From contig NC_092670.1 of NCBI RefSeq assembly GCF_964355755.1, positions 4,144,201 to 4,208,200 on the forward strand: DNA of 64,000 nt, read 5' to 3'. This DNA comes from Antedon mediterranea (lineage: Eukaryota > Animalia > Echinodermata). Positions 41,290 to 54,814 of the stretch are shown here, piece by piece. Each line of letters begins with the position of its first letter. The stretch's first letter is position 1. The notes beneath the pieces are model-generated. The model had not been told where the DNA came from. It searched no databases and saw nothing but the letters and a program-made list of their open reading frames with translations. Both the position numbers and the translations under genes were made by a program.

Positions 41290-41639
41290 TAGAGATCAGG
41301 CTAGGCCTAGCGAGATTATCTGATCCTATCTAGTATAGCCTAGGTCCTAGCCTAGTAGGCTAGCCTAGTACTAGTAGGTTAGGTCCTCTCCCTCCTGGGC
41401 TAGGGTCTACACTACTACTTTAAAGGCCTTCTTCTAGGCCTAGCCTCCCTGCCTAGTAAGTAGGCCTAGTTGAGTAGGGCATGGATGGCTTTAGTTACGC
41501 TAGGCTAGGCCTAGGCCTAGCCTAGGGGGAAGGCCTACTTACTTCCGTTTAATATGGATGCCAAATAAGCTTTATTGTACTTTTTACAGTATGATGGTAT
41601 TAAACACAAAAGAACAGTTTTGAAGAATGTATATCTTAC

Positions 41640-41800
41640 CAGTTTGCTGAAAGGAAAAAAACTCTGCAAAAGGATGTCACAATCACACACACAGAGTACA
41701 CAACACACCCACCAAACTCTTGACAAACCTAAACCAGGAAGTGTACAGGAAGTATAACGCCTGTTGGGAAGGCCGGTTGTTCACGTACGTATTTACTCGA
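41640..41800 (-). promoter_or_regulatory. Candidate CAP non-coding first exon and promoter
   Basis: Minus-strand donor TG|gtaaga at 41639, tandem ETS-like caggaagt motifs at about 41735-41753, and an acceptor at 37769-70 upstream of the CAP ATG. Confidence 0.35.
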
Positions 41801-42232
41801 CACTCTAGGCCTAACATCTAGCAGGCCTTTTCACAGCATGCAGAGTGTACAACGCTACCACCCAACCGCTACCAACTAACTTATGATTGCCTTATTTGGT
41901 GTTATATCCAATGTAGAAAATATCACCATGTATGGAGCGCCGAAAGGCAATTGATTAGATTTTGTGCAGATCCCAATTAGTTTAATAATGCCCTCAACAT
42001 TCTTACATTTTACGCGTTTAATCTTATTATAACAATCGTAGTAAAATAATTATAGTGAAAATCTGATTTTTACACTTTAAAAAGAGTAGCCTATTTTCCT
42101 CCTGAATATGTTATTAACTTGAACTAAAAATCGGGTAAAAAAAATTATTTACCTGAAAAAAACTAAAATTTAAAGCGAAGTCAATTATAAACAGACATCG
42201 GGTTTTGGTTAAACTTAGCAGTTTATTTGGTC

Positions 42233-42369
42233 TTTTTAGTCGCGTGCAACACGACTCTACAGCTCTATATGTCGGCGGTTGGTCGGTCGGTCGGTTGGTC
42301 GGTCGGTCGGTTGGTCGGTAAACACTAACTTGAGCACGCGACTGCAGCCATATACTATATGGCCTTGTT
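42233..42369 (+). mobile_element. Compact DINE-1-like Helentron-associated element
   Basis: 5' T-run, subterminal inverted repeat agtcgcgtgc/gcacgcgact, (ggtc)n microsatellite, 3' hairpin gccatat-act-atatggc (one bulged a), and terminal cttgtt. Confidence 0.7.
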
Positions 42370-43205
42370 ATAAGTGAAACCATTTAACTTCATTAAAACC
42401 AAAATGGCCTATTCAATTATTGTTCAATAGGACAATTAATAGGCCTACCTTAATTGCAACAACTTCTATAGTTCACATGGCATTCCAATAACGATCGGGT
42501 CCTATATGGTTAATAATTTTTAATTTGGGTTTTTTTTTTTTGGTGGTGGTGGGGGTGTGGGCGGGTTCTAATGTTGTTGCGACTTCATATTCTCGCAGGA
42601 ACACGTAAACGTAACTTTAACGCTATTTCCCAACATGCCACGTGCTACAAGGGTCAGAATAAGGCTCAATAGGCTATAATATGCACCCTGTTTCCATTAT
42701 CAATGTTATTGTGGGAAGAAACTACCATTCGGTCTCCAATCAAATCAAATAGATCTATACATACTGCAGTCGTTATTTTCACTGATACACAATATTCACG
42801 ACATACCTAAAATACAATCCGACCACTACTGCAAATACTGAGTTAAGACATAAGCCTAGGCTTATGTTTACTTTTACTGCTTTATTACTTGTAATTTGAT
42901 TAGGTAACTGTAAAAATAGTTTTCCATCGCAAATTTTGATACAAAGGCATAACAATTGGTTCAAAGTGTAGCATGCAGTTTATAACTATACTAAAATCTA
43001 CGATTGTTTTATTGATTGTATTAAGAAAGCCTGTAGGCTACATATTGAGCATACGGATGACCTACTGACTAACGTTAATAAACGTTCAATTTACATTATA
43101 ATTATATACTATATAGACAATAAGGATAACAATAATTGAAAATACATTGTACCTAATTATTAGTAGTAATAGTAATAATAATAGATATAGTATGTAACTT
43201 AATGC

Positions 43206-46200
43206 TTAAGAAACAAATGCATCTGCAATTGTTGTTTGAAGTTCGCGGATAAACTTCTTTTTCTCTGACGTAATGTGCATGTGACCGCCTTGCACTATGA
43301 CCTTTTTAAAACGATGATTGGGATCAATTTCTTGAGACCAATCGTCCAATGAGCTAAGCGGAATAAAACGATCTAACTTGGCACCAAATACGGTCATACC
43401 ACATTGAAGTTTTGTCTTGTGAGTGTTTCTGTAATGCTGGCAAATTTTAAAGCCAACATAAAAGCAAGGAATAAGACGTTTCATTAACTCAGTGTTGTGC
43501 AAAACAGCATCATCAACAAACGAAAGCTTTTGTGATTGTTCGTTGCTTATTGGAATGTTATTTTTGATGTTCTGTTCAATTTGCTTTAATAAAAGTGGGC
43601 CCTTTGAAAGTTCTATTGTATTGGGATAGTCGAGTGTGGGTGCATACCAGGAACTGACGATCACGTGAGCAGGATGCAAACCCTTATGTTGTAGAAGATG
43701 GGCAACCTCAAAGGCAATGAGTCCACCAATACTATGTCCAAACAATACGAATCTACCGGGTAAAAGCCGTGGCACTAGGTTATCACTTAACTTGCGCACG
43801 ATGTCTTCAAGATTTTGAAGAGGTTTCTCAGTATGACGTCCTTCCCATCCGGGCAGTTTTGCCATGATCAACTGCACATTATATTTACTTAATTGTCCTT
43901 GCCACCATGCATATACAGATGGGCCTCCTCCATTAGGCGGAAAACAAATCAGCTGGATTTTAGGAGAAGTAACTGTTTCATCCATTAGATACCACAACTT
44001 CCAGGAGGTATCCTCTTCTTGTTCTTGTTCATTGTTTTCTTTGCCTTCAGGTCTATTTTTGGCTAATATCTTTTTATAGACGGATATTGTCAAGTCTTGA
44101 ATCGTCATGTTTTCATCTATCAATTCCATCGAAGGAAATGGAATGAAAAACATTCTCTGAATATCTCCGCTCAGCTCCGTCGCGATCAAAGAATCTACTC
44201 CAAGGGAAGATGCTGAAGAATTCGGTGAAATATCACCTGTTAGGCCAATGCGATTGGAGATGAAAGAACAGAGCTTCTGAAGGATGAACAGCTTAGTTTC
44301 TTCTGGATTTGTATTATGTAGATCACACCACAGTGAACTCATTGATCTTTCAGAAGAGAATCCCATTGTAATTGATCCTACTTCTTCATTGCTGTGTTCT
44401 TTCATAATACCTCTGTACTCTGTGATGAAATCATTAACTTGAATATTCCCACTTATACCGATTTCAGATACACAACTGCTAAGCATTACGTCAAGTCCAT
44501 GCATTACATCCTTGGCCGTCAAACTTTCCATTCCCTTTCTTTCCCAATATTCGATCAGACCTTCTCGTGCTGCAAAACCAGTGTCTCCAATCACTCCTGG
44601 ACAAATGACGGTTGCAGGTAAACCTTGACTTCTACGATAATGGCCAAGAGAAGAAAGATATGTATTGGCTGCACAATAACTTGCCTGACCAATGTTTCCT
44701 GCCATTTGAACCACAGAAGATACCATTACAAAGTATTTCAGTTGGACACTACTTGTAATTGATATCTGATGCAGAAGAAGAGCACCCCATGATTTTACAG
44801 CCATTACGTTCTTCCAACTCTCTGGTGTCATATTTGCAATCAGTCTATCGTCATACTGCGCAGCACAATGAAATATTCCTGTTAGCGGCTTCGACGAATC
44901 TTTCAAAATAGATTCAAATGCATGTTCAACGTCTGCTCTTTGTGTGATGTCTGTTTTGATGTGTGTTATTGTCGATCCATGACTTCTTAAACTTGCCAAC
45001 TTTTTCTCAGTTTCGGAATCTGGTGAAGACCTACTTAAGATGACAACATTTCCAGCTCCATTATCCACCAACCATTCTACAAGACAAATGCCAAATCCTG
45101 TCGTGCCTCCAGTAACAATATACGAATTGTTCATACTAAATTTAGTCTCATTCCCAGAAAAATCATAATTTACAGGAACGGATTCATTAATATCAACAGA
45201 AAAGATAACTTCATCAAAAGAAAAATTAGCATGGCTTTTCCATTCATTCAACGGGATAATTCGTGAACTGACTTGTTGTAAAAGGTGCATGGCTGATGGC
45301 TTCTCACAGATATTCATTAACTTTTTTAAGTGAGACCCCACTTGGTGAAATCCACCAAGCATTGGTAATTCGTAGCTGGTAAGTACAACTCTTACATTTA
45401 CTGGAAGACCGAGGTTTCCTGTAGATGAATCATCTTCTTTCGATTTTAGCATTTCAATTGTAGCAAATGGTGTCAATCTCTCTTTAATTCCTCCATCGCG
45501 CTGTAATAGTTCACTTATGTACGATTTACGTCCAATTACACAGCCAACACTATGTGTATTCAAAACAGTCATTGCATCTTCATCTTCAACAAATCTTAGC
45601 AAATTAGTATTATTAGTATTAGTATTATTATCTGCATATCCTTGAGGAAAGTGTTTAGTGATAACCACAGTACTATGACCTAGCTCTACTGCCATGTGTG
45701 CAACGGCTAAGCATTTCTTGTCGTCGAAAGAACTCAAGCAAACAACCGTCGTACCATTTGGTTTCATTTCACAAATCGTGATATATGGAATAAAATAGGA
45801 TGAGACAATATTAATTACTTGTGCAGGCGGAAGGTTGGTGTCAAGCTCAACTAGTTCATTAGCACTGCATTGCAACGTGGGTGTCATTTCACTTGAAGGA
45901 CAGACACCGATGACTACAGATGATTGTTTTAAATGTCCACAAAACAGCACAGCGGTTTGTACGTCTTTAGTCGAACTACGAGTTTCAGATTGAAGTAGTC
46001 GGAATGATTCAACATGTACAGTTGTCAATTCGGAACATGTGGTATCTTCTCCTTTCTTTTCACTGTATTTTGTCAATGACAATCTTCCTGATTGAAGGCT
46101 TTCAGGCACGTTAAACTTCCACACATCTGTAGACTTTGTGTGAGAAAAAGTATAACTATCAGAAATACATAGACGAAACGCATATGCGTTGAAATTAGTT

Positions 46201-49200
46201 GCTTTGGCTCGTAATGCAATAATTTGCTCATAGTTATCACTTCCCCAGATGTACTTCATCAACCAATCTGACGCGGTTGTATTGGTGACATCCGATGAAA
46301 TGTCTAAGATCGACAGGTCAAAATCCAAATGTTCTTGAATTACACATATTCCAAACCCGTAAGCAGATGCCTGATATGGATCAACTATGTCATCTTGTGT
46401 GACACTAAACCCATCTCTTGTAATGAGCCACACCTTTGTATTCACGTTTTTCAGGTTAGATATAACTTTGAAGTAACTGATGCACATCTCTGCAATGTCG
46501 GATTGCTGCTCCAAAAAAGTATCTCTGGAAATTGGACGTAGGCTCTCGCAGTTTCCGGGTTTAATTGTGATTATACAATTCAACGGCTGTTCATTACGTA
46601 ACTGATCTGTCTCTACATCTCCTCCGGTGTAAACTTGCGATTGAAATCCCACTGAATTCAATGTGTTCTGAATCTGTAAAGACAATTCCGAGTCATTCCC
46701 TGCTATCAATACAAAGCCATCTGTATCGAATGATTGCTTTTCCACATCTATAGGTACCCATTTCTTCGTCCACAGCTTCATTGTGTTAGATTCACGACCA
46801 TTAACAGATCCAAATCGAATTTTGGAACATTTACCAATGACTTCAAATGTGTCTGCATTCGCAACAGTCACGTCTGAATACATATCATCTCCATCGTCAC
46901 TTATTTTGAAATGAAGATAAACATTTTCTGGAAACGTACATTTTTTAAAGCAAAGCCTTTCAATTGATCTTGGTACACGACCTTGCGGCTTCATGGTGGG
47001 ATTTAGAATCTTACCTCGCAGTCGTTCAAGTCCTGCCATGCCTTGCAATATACCATCGAGGAATGCGGGATGGACGTAGAACCTGCTGGACTGTGCAGCT
47101 ACAGTTTCAGGAGCTCGGAGATATATAAGTGCTTCGGCAGCCGTTTTATTGTGATTTACCTTTTCAACGCACATAAAACTTTTACCAAGATTGAATCCTA
47201 CTTGATGTTTGAAGACATAAAATGCAGATTTGTCGAGTTCAAATAGGCATCTCTCTTTAATGTCAGTTACATGGAGGGACTGCTCAGTTAGTAGGTGTAA
47301 ATCCTGTCTTGGGTCGTTTTGGTAGCCGTTATTAATTAACGTCATTTCCGTATGCTTGGTCCAGTTATTTTCTGTTTTGTTGCTGAGTGAACAAAATCGG
47401 AAAGCTGCTGTATCACGAGCAGTCATTTCGGTTGTTGTTTCTATATCCGTGTTCTTATCAGAAACAAACATAAAACGGTCAAAGCGGACGTCTTTTATAA
47501 TTACGTGATAAGATTCAGAAAACAGGCTATGATGTGCCGCAAATGCTGTCTCTATAAATCCAGCAGCAGGAAAAACTACACTACCCTGAACAACGTGATC
47601 GGCAATCCATGGTTCCTCATTTGATCCAATACTTGCTTTCCAAACCTGAACCCCGTTTTTGGAAAAGTTTGCCGAGGTATCTGGTTTTCCTAAAAGAGGA
47701 TGAAAAGCATTTGGATACCGCATCACTTCGTTCCTTGATGGAGTTGCTGCTGAACACTCGATTCGTTGCCATGGGTACAAAGGTAGAGATTCTACTTCAC
47801 AGTTAAAATCTTGAAACTTTGGGGTCATATCAACTGGGTAACCACTTACAAACATTTCTGCTAACGAAATGTTAAAATTTAGAGAATCGTTGGTAGTAGT
47901 GCTTACATCACGTGGTCTTTTAAGGGAATGCGTAACAAAGTGGATAGTTGGCTCACTCGGCGTAGAAGCTATGATGTCCTTAATTGCTGGTGACAATGCA
48001 GGATGGGCGCCTATTTCAACAAAGCTATTATATCTGTCTTTAAGTATAGTATTTACTGCATCTTTAAACCTCACCTGTCGGCGAATATTACCCCACCAGT
48101 AATCAGGAGTATTAGCCTCTTGTAACGTTAGATAACGATTAGTAACAGTCGACAGCATTGGAATTAACGGCCTAGACAGCTTACCTAAAGACTTTTTCTT
48201 TGTAAGAAAACTCGTCTTCTTGAAAAATTCTTTCTTAAGAACTTCTTGTTGACGACTATGAAATGCATTGTTAACCTTGAGTATTTTTGTCTGTATACCA
48301 TCTTCCTTCAATCGGATTGAAAAATCATTTATTAACTCGGTTTTTCCTGACAGAACAATTTGTGTAGGGCTGTTAATAGCGGCTATGTCTAGATATGTGA
48401 TATCGGTAGTCGTTTTCAGCTTATTTTTAACTACCTCCACATCATGAAGAACTGCTACCATCGTTCCTGAACCACTTGTTTTTCTGAGAAGACGTCCTCG
48501 TTTATATATTATTTTAACTGCCGTTTCAATGGTGATAAGTCCGGCTGCGTATGCTGCTGCTACTTCGCCCACACTATGACCGATTATGGCACTCGGAGTT
48601 ACTCCATAATGCTTGTACAGTTCGACCAATCCGATCTGAACGCTACAAATACAGACTTGAGAAATTTCTGTCAAAGGAAATAATATTGCGTTTGAAAGAC
48701 ACCTAAAATATAGATTTAGTCACAAATGAAATAAGTTAACAAAGGCGTATTAGGAAGTGTACTTGCAATACCAAGTAGTATCCGGTACAAAATGGTACAG
48801 TATAATCCCTTCTTTGAGACGGCTCTTTTTAAGGGGACAGTTTCACGTCAAACGAGAGGTAATAATTATGTCTCTGTAAATAAAGTTGAAATGAATAAAT
48901 AAATGATTAATAAAGGTAATCTAACCTGTGTTGCTGTTTATTCTGTTTTGGTCTGTTTCCTCTGACAACATCTGAATAAGTGACCATCTTCCTCCACATT
49001 TCCAAAGATAACCGTCTATCAACTATGAATTAAACAGAAATGTATCGTAATAAATTTAGCTTAAAGACACACTTGCCTGAAATTTTTCCCGTTTGGTAAA
49101 AATAATGCATATCACTTTAAAAGCATTAAACCAGGTCGTTGCTGGTCTTAAATGTACGTTCAATGTTAAGTATGGTATAATGAGAAAAAAATGCACTATT

Positions 49201-52200
49201 TAAGTAGCTCGCTTCGTATGTTCTCTCGTAGTTAGGCATAGCTTTTTTTAGCTTTCTTTTATTTGTGTTCCCTTTACGATCGATCGAAAGTGGGTGCATC
49301 ACAGAAGCAATATGAAAATATTAATCCATTCTCGATGAATTCTGGTATTTATAGCGGGTCACTTAAATTATTAGAACCGGCTTATTTTTAAGGTAAAGTG
49401 TTTTAAAATATAGTTTAAATGTTTCTGTATTTGCAAAAAGTATCAAATCTCCGGCCAACCAACATGCAAACCGCCCTAACCATACGGATACTATTTCCAG
49501 ACCAAATATACTTTGTAGGCCGACAACAAAAACTAAAGACCCAAACTTGTTGTTGACATTCTTTGGATATACCTTTACTAATAGATTCGAACCCTATAGA
49601 ATAAGAATATTATTAATAATAATACCTGTATGACTTTAAAGAAGATAGGCTGTGTATTCATCAAGTCTCTTGCCATGCCCCACCACTGAGTACCCATTCC
49701 AGAGAAAACAAAAACAGTTCTGATGACAGAATTACCTTCTTGTACCTTGCCTTCAATTACAGTATCTACTCTGCTTCCTTGCACTTTCTGTTGCAGTATG
49801 CTGCGAAATTCATTTCTAGACTTAGCTAAAAAAACTGCTCTCTCTGCATGATTGTGGCTCCTTAAACTTGCAGTGTATAACACATTTTTAAAAGCACTAT
49901 CATTAAAATCAAATGACAGAAACTTTTTCCAGTCAACATATCTTTGTTCAAGAGCTTTGGGTGAATTAGCCGAAATCATTAACAGGTTATATGATTCCAA
50001 TGAATCAGTTTGCTTAGTGCATTGTTGGTCTGACGGTGCGGCCTCAAACACAACATGTGCGTTAGCACCACCGAAGCCAAATGAGCTGCACCCTGCAAGA
50101 AGATTTGATCCAGAAGGCCAAGGAATGCTTGTTGAAGGGACTCTTAAATTCAGATCTTCAAAATTAATATTAGGGTTACCGCGATTGAAATGCACAACAC
50201 CCGGAATTTCTCGATGATATAATGACAATGCTGTCTTGATAACACCTGCTATTCCAGCAGCACCCTCTGCGTGTCCTACATTTGATTTTATGGAACCGAT
50301 ATACAGAGGTGGCATATCATCTGACCGTTTTTTACTCATGACTTCACCAATAGCATTCGCTTCTGTTTTGTCGCCTACCTTTGTACCAGTTCCATGTGCT
50401 TCGATATAAGCAATATCACATGGGTCGACTTTTGCAGCTGTGCAAGCTCTATACACAAGATCAATCTGGGCATCAAAACTTGGGTTTGCAATACCTGGAG
50501 TTCGTCCATCATTTGTAAGACTTCCTCCTCGTATCACTGCATAAATTCGATCTCTATCTGCTATTGCTGTTTTGAGTGGTTTAAGGATTACTGATCCCAC
50601 ACCTTCACTTCGACTGTAACCATCAGCTGACTCGTCGAAACTTTTACATTGACCATCAGGAGACAGCATACCAGCTTGACAAAACCCAATAGTGACAGAG
50701 GGTGTAAGTATGATATTGACTCCTCCGGCAATCGCTGTGCTGCAGACACCGGTTCTGAGAGCATCACAGGCCAGTTGTACGGCATAGAGAGATGACGAAC
50801 ATGCTGTGTCGATGGAAAAACTTGGCCCTCTTAAATCAAACTCGTACGAAATACGATTTGAGATCATGCAAGAGTTGGTTCCTGAATTTGTGTATTGACT
50901 GATGTTGCTCAATGGTAAGCCAGTAAGAGCAAAATACTCATTAGCCGTTACTCCCATATACACACCAGTGTTAGAGCCACGAAATGTCGAAGCAGGAATA
51001 CCAGCATCTTCAATCGATTCCCAGACAACCTCAAGAAGAATTCGTATTTGTGGATCCATATGCTCAGCTTCAACTAAAAAAATATAAAAATTAATGACTA
51101 TCAATGAGATCTTCGTGTAGGTAATGTGGTAGAGGAATTTATTCTAGTTTTGGGGGGTAATGGGTATAAAAAATTTGATGAGAAGGGTTTAAAATACATT
51201 TTAACCGGACATTACCGGACGAGTTCACAAAATTACTTTGTAAATTCACGGTCATTTAAGTTGATATTTGATACGAAAATTAAATTCATAACAGAGCCCT
51301 AAAATAATGTATTTGCTTTCAAGTTTTAAATTTTCTTTGAGGTTCGATGTATCGGATGAGACGAATAAATAATTCATTATCCTTTTCCTCATTTAAAACT
51401 AGACTTATGACTTTTCTCCAAACTATGTAATCCTTTTCCAGACTTTAAATTGTAAAATATTAGATCTAAGTATATATATTTATTATTTTTGCTTAATTTA
51501 ACATATCAGTTATTTACTATAGGCCTATTCCAAATTTTCTTCAGATTGGTAATTCTCATTCTCAATTTATTTTATTTATAGGCTTTTGTGTTTTTTTATT
51601 TTACTGTTATTGTGTATTGTATCTGTTGTGTGTCCCAAATAATCAGCAATTGCTGGATGGATCACCCTCATTAAATATGGTTGAAATAAAATAAATAATG
51701 ACATAATCTAGCAGCATTACCCTTCCGAACACTAAATATAAATCAACCTGGCCACTAAGAATACTGAAACTTGTGTTATTAGTATGCCTAGTTTTGCGGT
51801 CTCATTAAAAAGGTCGTCCTATACAGCTACAGAGACCTCGAAAATAGAGACCACATCCCTGGCACCTAAAAAATAGAGACCACACCCCCGGCACCTCGAA
51901 AATAGAGCCACAGACCCGGGATCTGTTTTCGAGAAATCTAGAAAACAGAGACCGGAACAAAAGTGTATTAATATCACGTTATATAATAATGGGAGTCTCT
52001 GTTTTCGAGAAGAGAACATCGTTTTTCCATAACTATTTAGTCAGTTACTTTTGGGATTTGTTAATTAGTTAGAGATTTAGTGATTTTCTAATATAAATTT
52101 AAGTCATTGTTATTGTTGTGCCATGCGTGATACATTTTAGGAAAAGAGTACAATGGAAGTGCAGAATAGCTCAAAATAAGCAAATTTAAGGTCATAGCCA

Positions 52201-53781
52201 CTGGATTAAAATATCAAGCAAATGAATAACAAAGATATAGCTATAGTAGTCCGGGTTGAACAATTCAGGTTACACTAAGTATATAATAGAATAAATACAG
52301 CATGAGATTATATTGCCATAAGCTGCAACCAGATATTTTTAGGGGGTGGGGGAAAGATAGCTAGGACTATTAAATTAAGACTATTAAATGCTCAAAGCTC
52401 AAATTAAGTTAAATACAATTCATAAGAATGTACTTAACTCTGCTACGCCATACTTAAATGTAACTTTAAGAAAGTTTGTGATAGATTTTAGTAAGACTCA
52501 GTTGGTAACAAATGGTTGCTCAATATTTCAGGGATTTTAGCACCGTCATTGCAGTGATATAATTAGTGGTTGCTCTACGGTTTTATTTAGTCTCAACATT
52601 ATTTACAGGTCTCAAGAAGAGCTAGGCCCTACAGGCTATAATAGTGAGGGCGTGTTGCGCAGTGTGTTGGACGTTTGACTACTGATCGTGAGATCGAAGT
52701 TCGAATCCAACTCTCGCTGCATTGCTTGTATGTACTTATGTTTGCCTCTCTTAACCCAGGTGTATAAATGGGTACCCGGTTAGATCAAGACACATCTTTG
52801 CGCTAATTACTAGCTGTATTATGGGAGTATCTTTCCATACGTGGTTGATAAAAAAAATGGCCGGGGTAATGTTTTCATGAAATTAGGCGCCATATAAATC
52901 CAGGATATCACTTTATTACTAGGTACTTTGGTACCGTCTGTGTTTAGTACATACACATAATAACTATCTTAACTTTAATATTGCAGTTTGGAAATTTTGT
53001 TAATGTAAACTACGCCACTGCCATTAAACAATAAGCAAAGCAGAAATCTGACATCGAATTTCAAAAGCCAGTTTTCTCGAAACACAAGTGCCTTAGCTTT
53101 AGTTTTTAGGGACGTCCATCTTTATTTCATAACAACTACAGGTAAAATCAGTATTGATAAATTGATAAACAAAGATCTATACTATTTCTACTTTTTATAT
53201 AAAAATTACAAATTAAATTTCCACTTAAATTTGGAGAAAAAAAAACAAAGAATTAATAATGTTTAACATTAGTCTATTTATTATCAGATTATTAATTTAT
53301 TCATTAAATAAAAAGTGTACATTCAAACATAACATGAAATAGAATCGGTTCGAAGAACAGTATAATGAATAACAAACTATAGGTCTACACAAAACCATTA
53401 AAACAGAAAATAATTTGATATGTGGATACTAATCAGCAATTTATACAAGTACTGTAAATATATTCGAAATAATTACTTACCTGGCGACATTTTGAAGAAT
53501 TGTCGGTCAAACTTAAATGGATCTTGCTTCAGGTAACCACCACGTTTGGTGTACAATTTACCTTTCTTCTTATCACCAGGATAAAAGAAAGATGATTTGT
53601 CAAATCGCTCAGCCGGATGAGATGTTGTACAGTCTCTCATCTCCTTCAACATACTCCACATCTCTCGTGGACCTGCCACACCATCGCCGTACCTACACCC
53701 AATTCCTACAATAGCAATCTTATCATCATCGCTTAAAGAGTCACCGCTGACGCCGGAACGGTATATATTTTGTTGGCTCAT
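43206..53781 (-). CDS. Iterative type I polyketide synthase PKS-A (KS-AT-DH-psiKR-ER0-KR-ACP-TE), about 2435 aa, 4 coding exons
   Basis: Exons 53781-53481, 51073-49626, 49022-48926, 48667-43206 total 7308 nt in frame. KS: DTACSSS, EAHGTGT, KSNVGHAEGAAG. AT: GHSVGE, NAFHS. DH: DHVVQGSVVFP, LDGILQ. KR: TGGTTGFG, YDD, GQASYCAAN. ACP: LGVDSL. TE: GHSIGG, GGHMH. Confidence 0.93.
52648..52900 (+). mobile_element. tRNA-derived SINE in PKS-A intron 1
   Basis: tRNA-like head with B-box gttcgaatcc, followed by the core aacccaggtgtataaatgggtacc recognised from marine-invertebrate SINEs. Confidence 0.6.
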
Positions 53782-54814
53782 GTTTATAGCTTAGTATTAT
53801 TATAAAAATACAAAATAATCAAATGTAGTTTTTACAAATACGTATCATTATTGGTTAGAACAGTAAATATAAAATAAAAAGCAGCAGAATGTATTTTTGT
53901 ACTTTGCTTATTCTATTCAATAATTCATATACAATATTTATATTATTAAAAACAAACATGAATACTACAGGGATACAAAAAATTAAAAGCAACATAATTA
54001 TAAGAACATCAAAATCAATACTATAAACATTACTTTATACTGGTTCCAATAATTATTTAAAATATGCAATAAAAACTGGCTAAAAATATAAAGCCTTTAC
54101 CTAGTGTTTCAGTTACAAACTTACCATGTCTGCGACATTGTCCTTCTGGGATAATTCTAGTAAATACCATACAAACTTAACGATAAGCTACTTTTATTCA
54201 GTTTGCAAGCTTAAAGTTTGAGATGATGTCATAGAAAACCATGACGTGACCAACTAGAGAATACAAGACACTGAATACGTCACAAATAAAATTCGAAAAG
54301 AAAATCAATAAAATGTCTAAGCTTACTCATGGTGTTAAAGGTACTATTGTTGTATGATCACTGTATTGAATATTAAAACACTTAGGGAATTTGGGAAATA
54401 AAAAAGAAAGAAACCAATCACTCACAATCATTAACAAATACCAGTACCACACCCGAACGAACGCGAACTAATTAAAATAATAAAAAATGACTAGCATTTT
54501 TTTTCTTCTGTTTTAAATTGATTTTACTGGCATTTCTTTGCACAAGCTAATTTGGATTTTTTTATGTACTTTTTCATATATTTTTCTTTCTTAACTATCA
54601 ATACTGTTCATTTGCTCAATTTCTTTGTCAAATTAATTTTAATGTTACATTTGTGGTTTTTTCCTTTTACTATAATTAATGGCATCGAGACTGAATATGA
54701 ATGTCTGTCGAAATTAAAGAACCCATATTTACCCGTTTAACCTTATATATAAATTCGTTAAATCTATTATTCTCAAAGATATTTATTGTAAACTTTCAAT
54801 TTGCTACACTAAAA

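Noticed and set aside
43206-53781. Separate KS, KS-AT and AT-TE genes as listed in the ORF track (a bacterial-style split PKS operon)
   Set aside because: The pieces join in frame through canonical GT-AG introns into one gene. The listed starts at 48674, 51104 and 63160 are intronic or internal codons.
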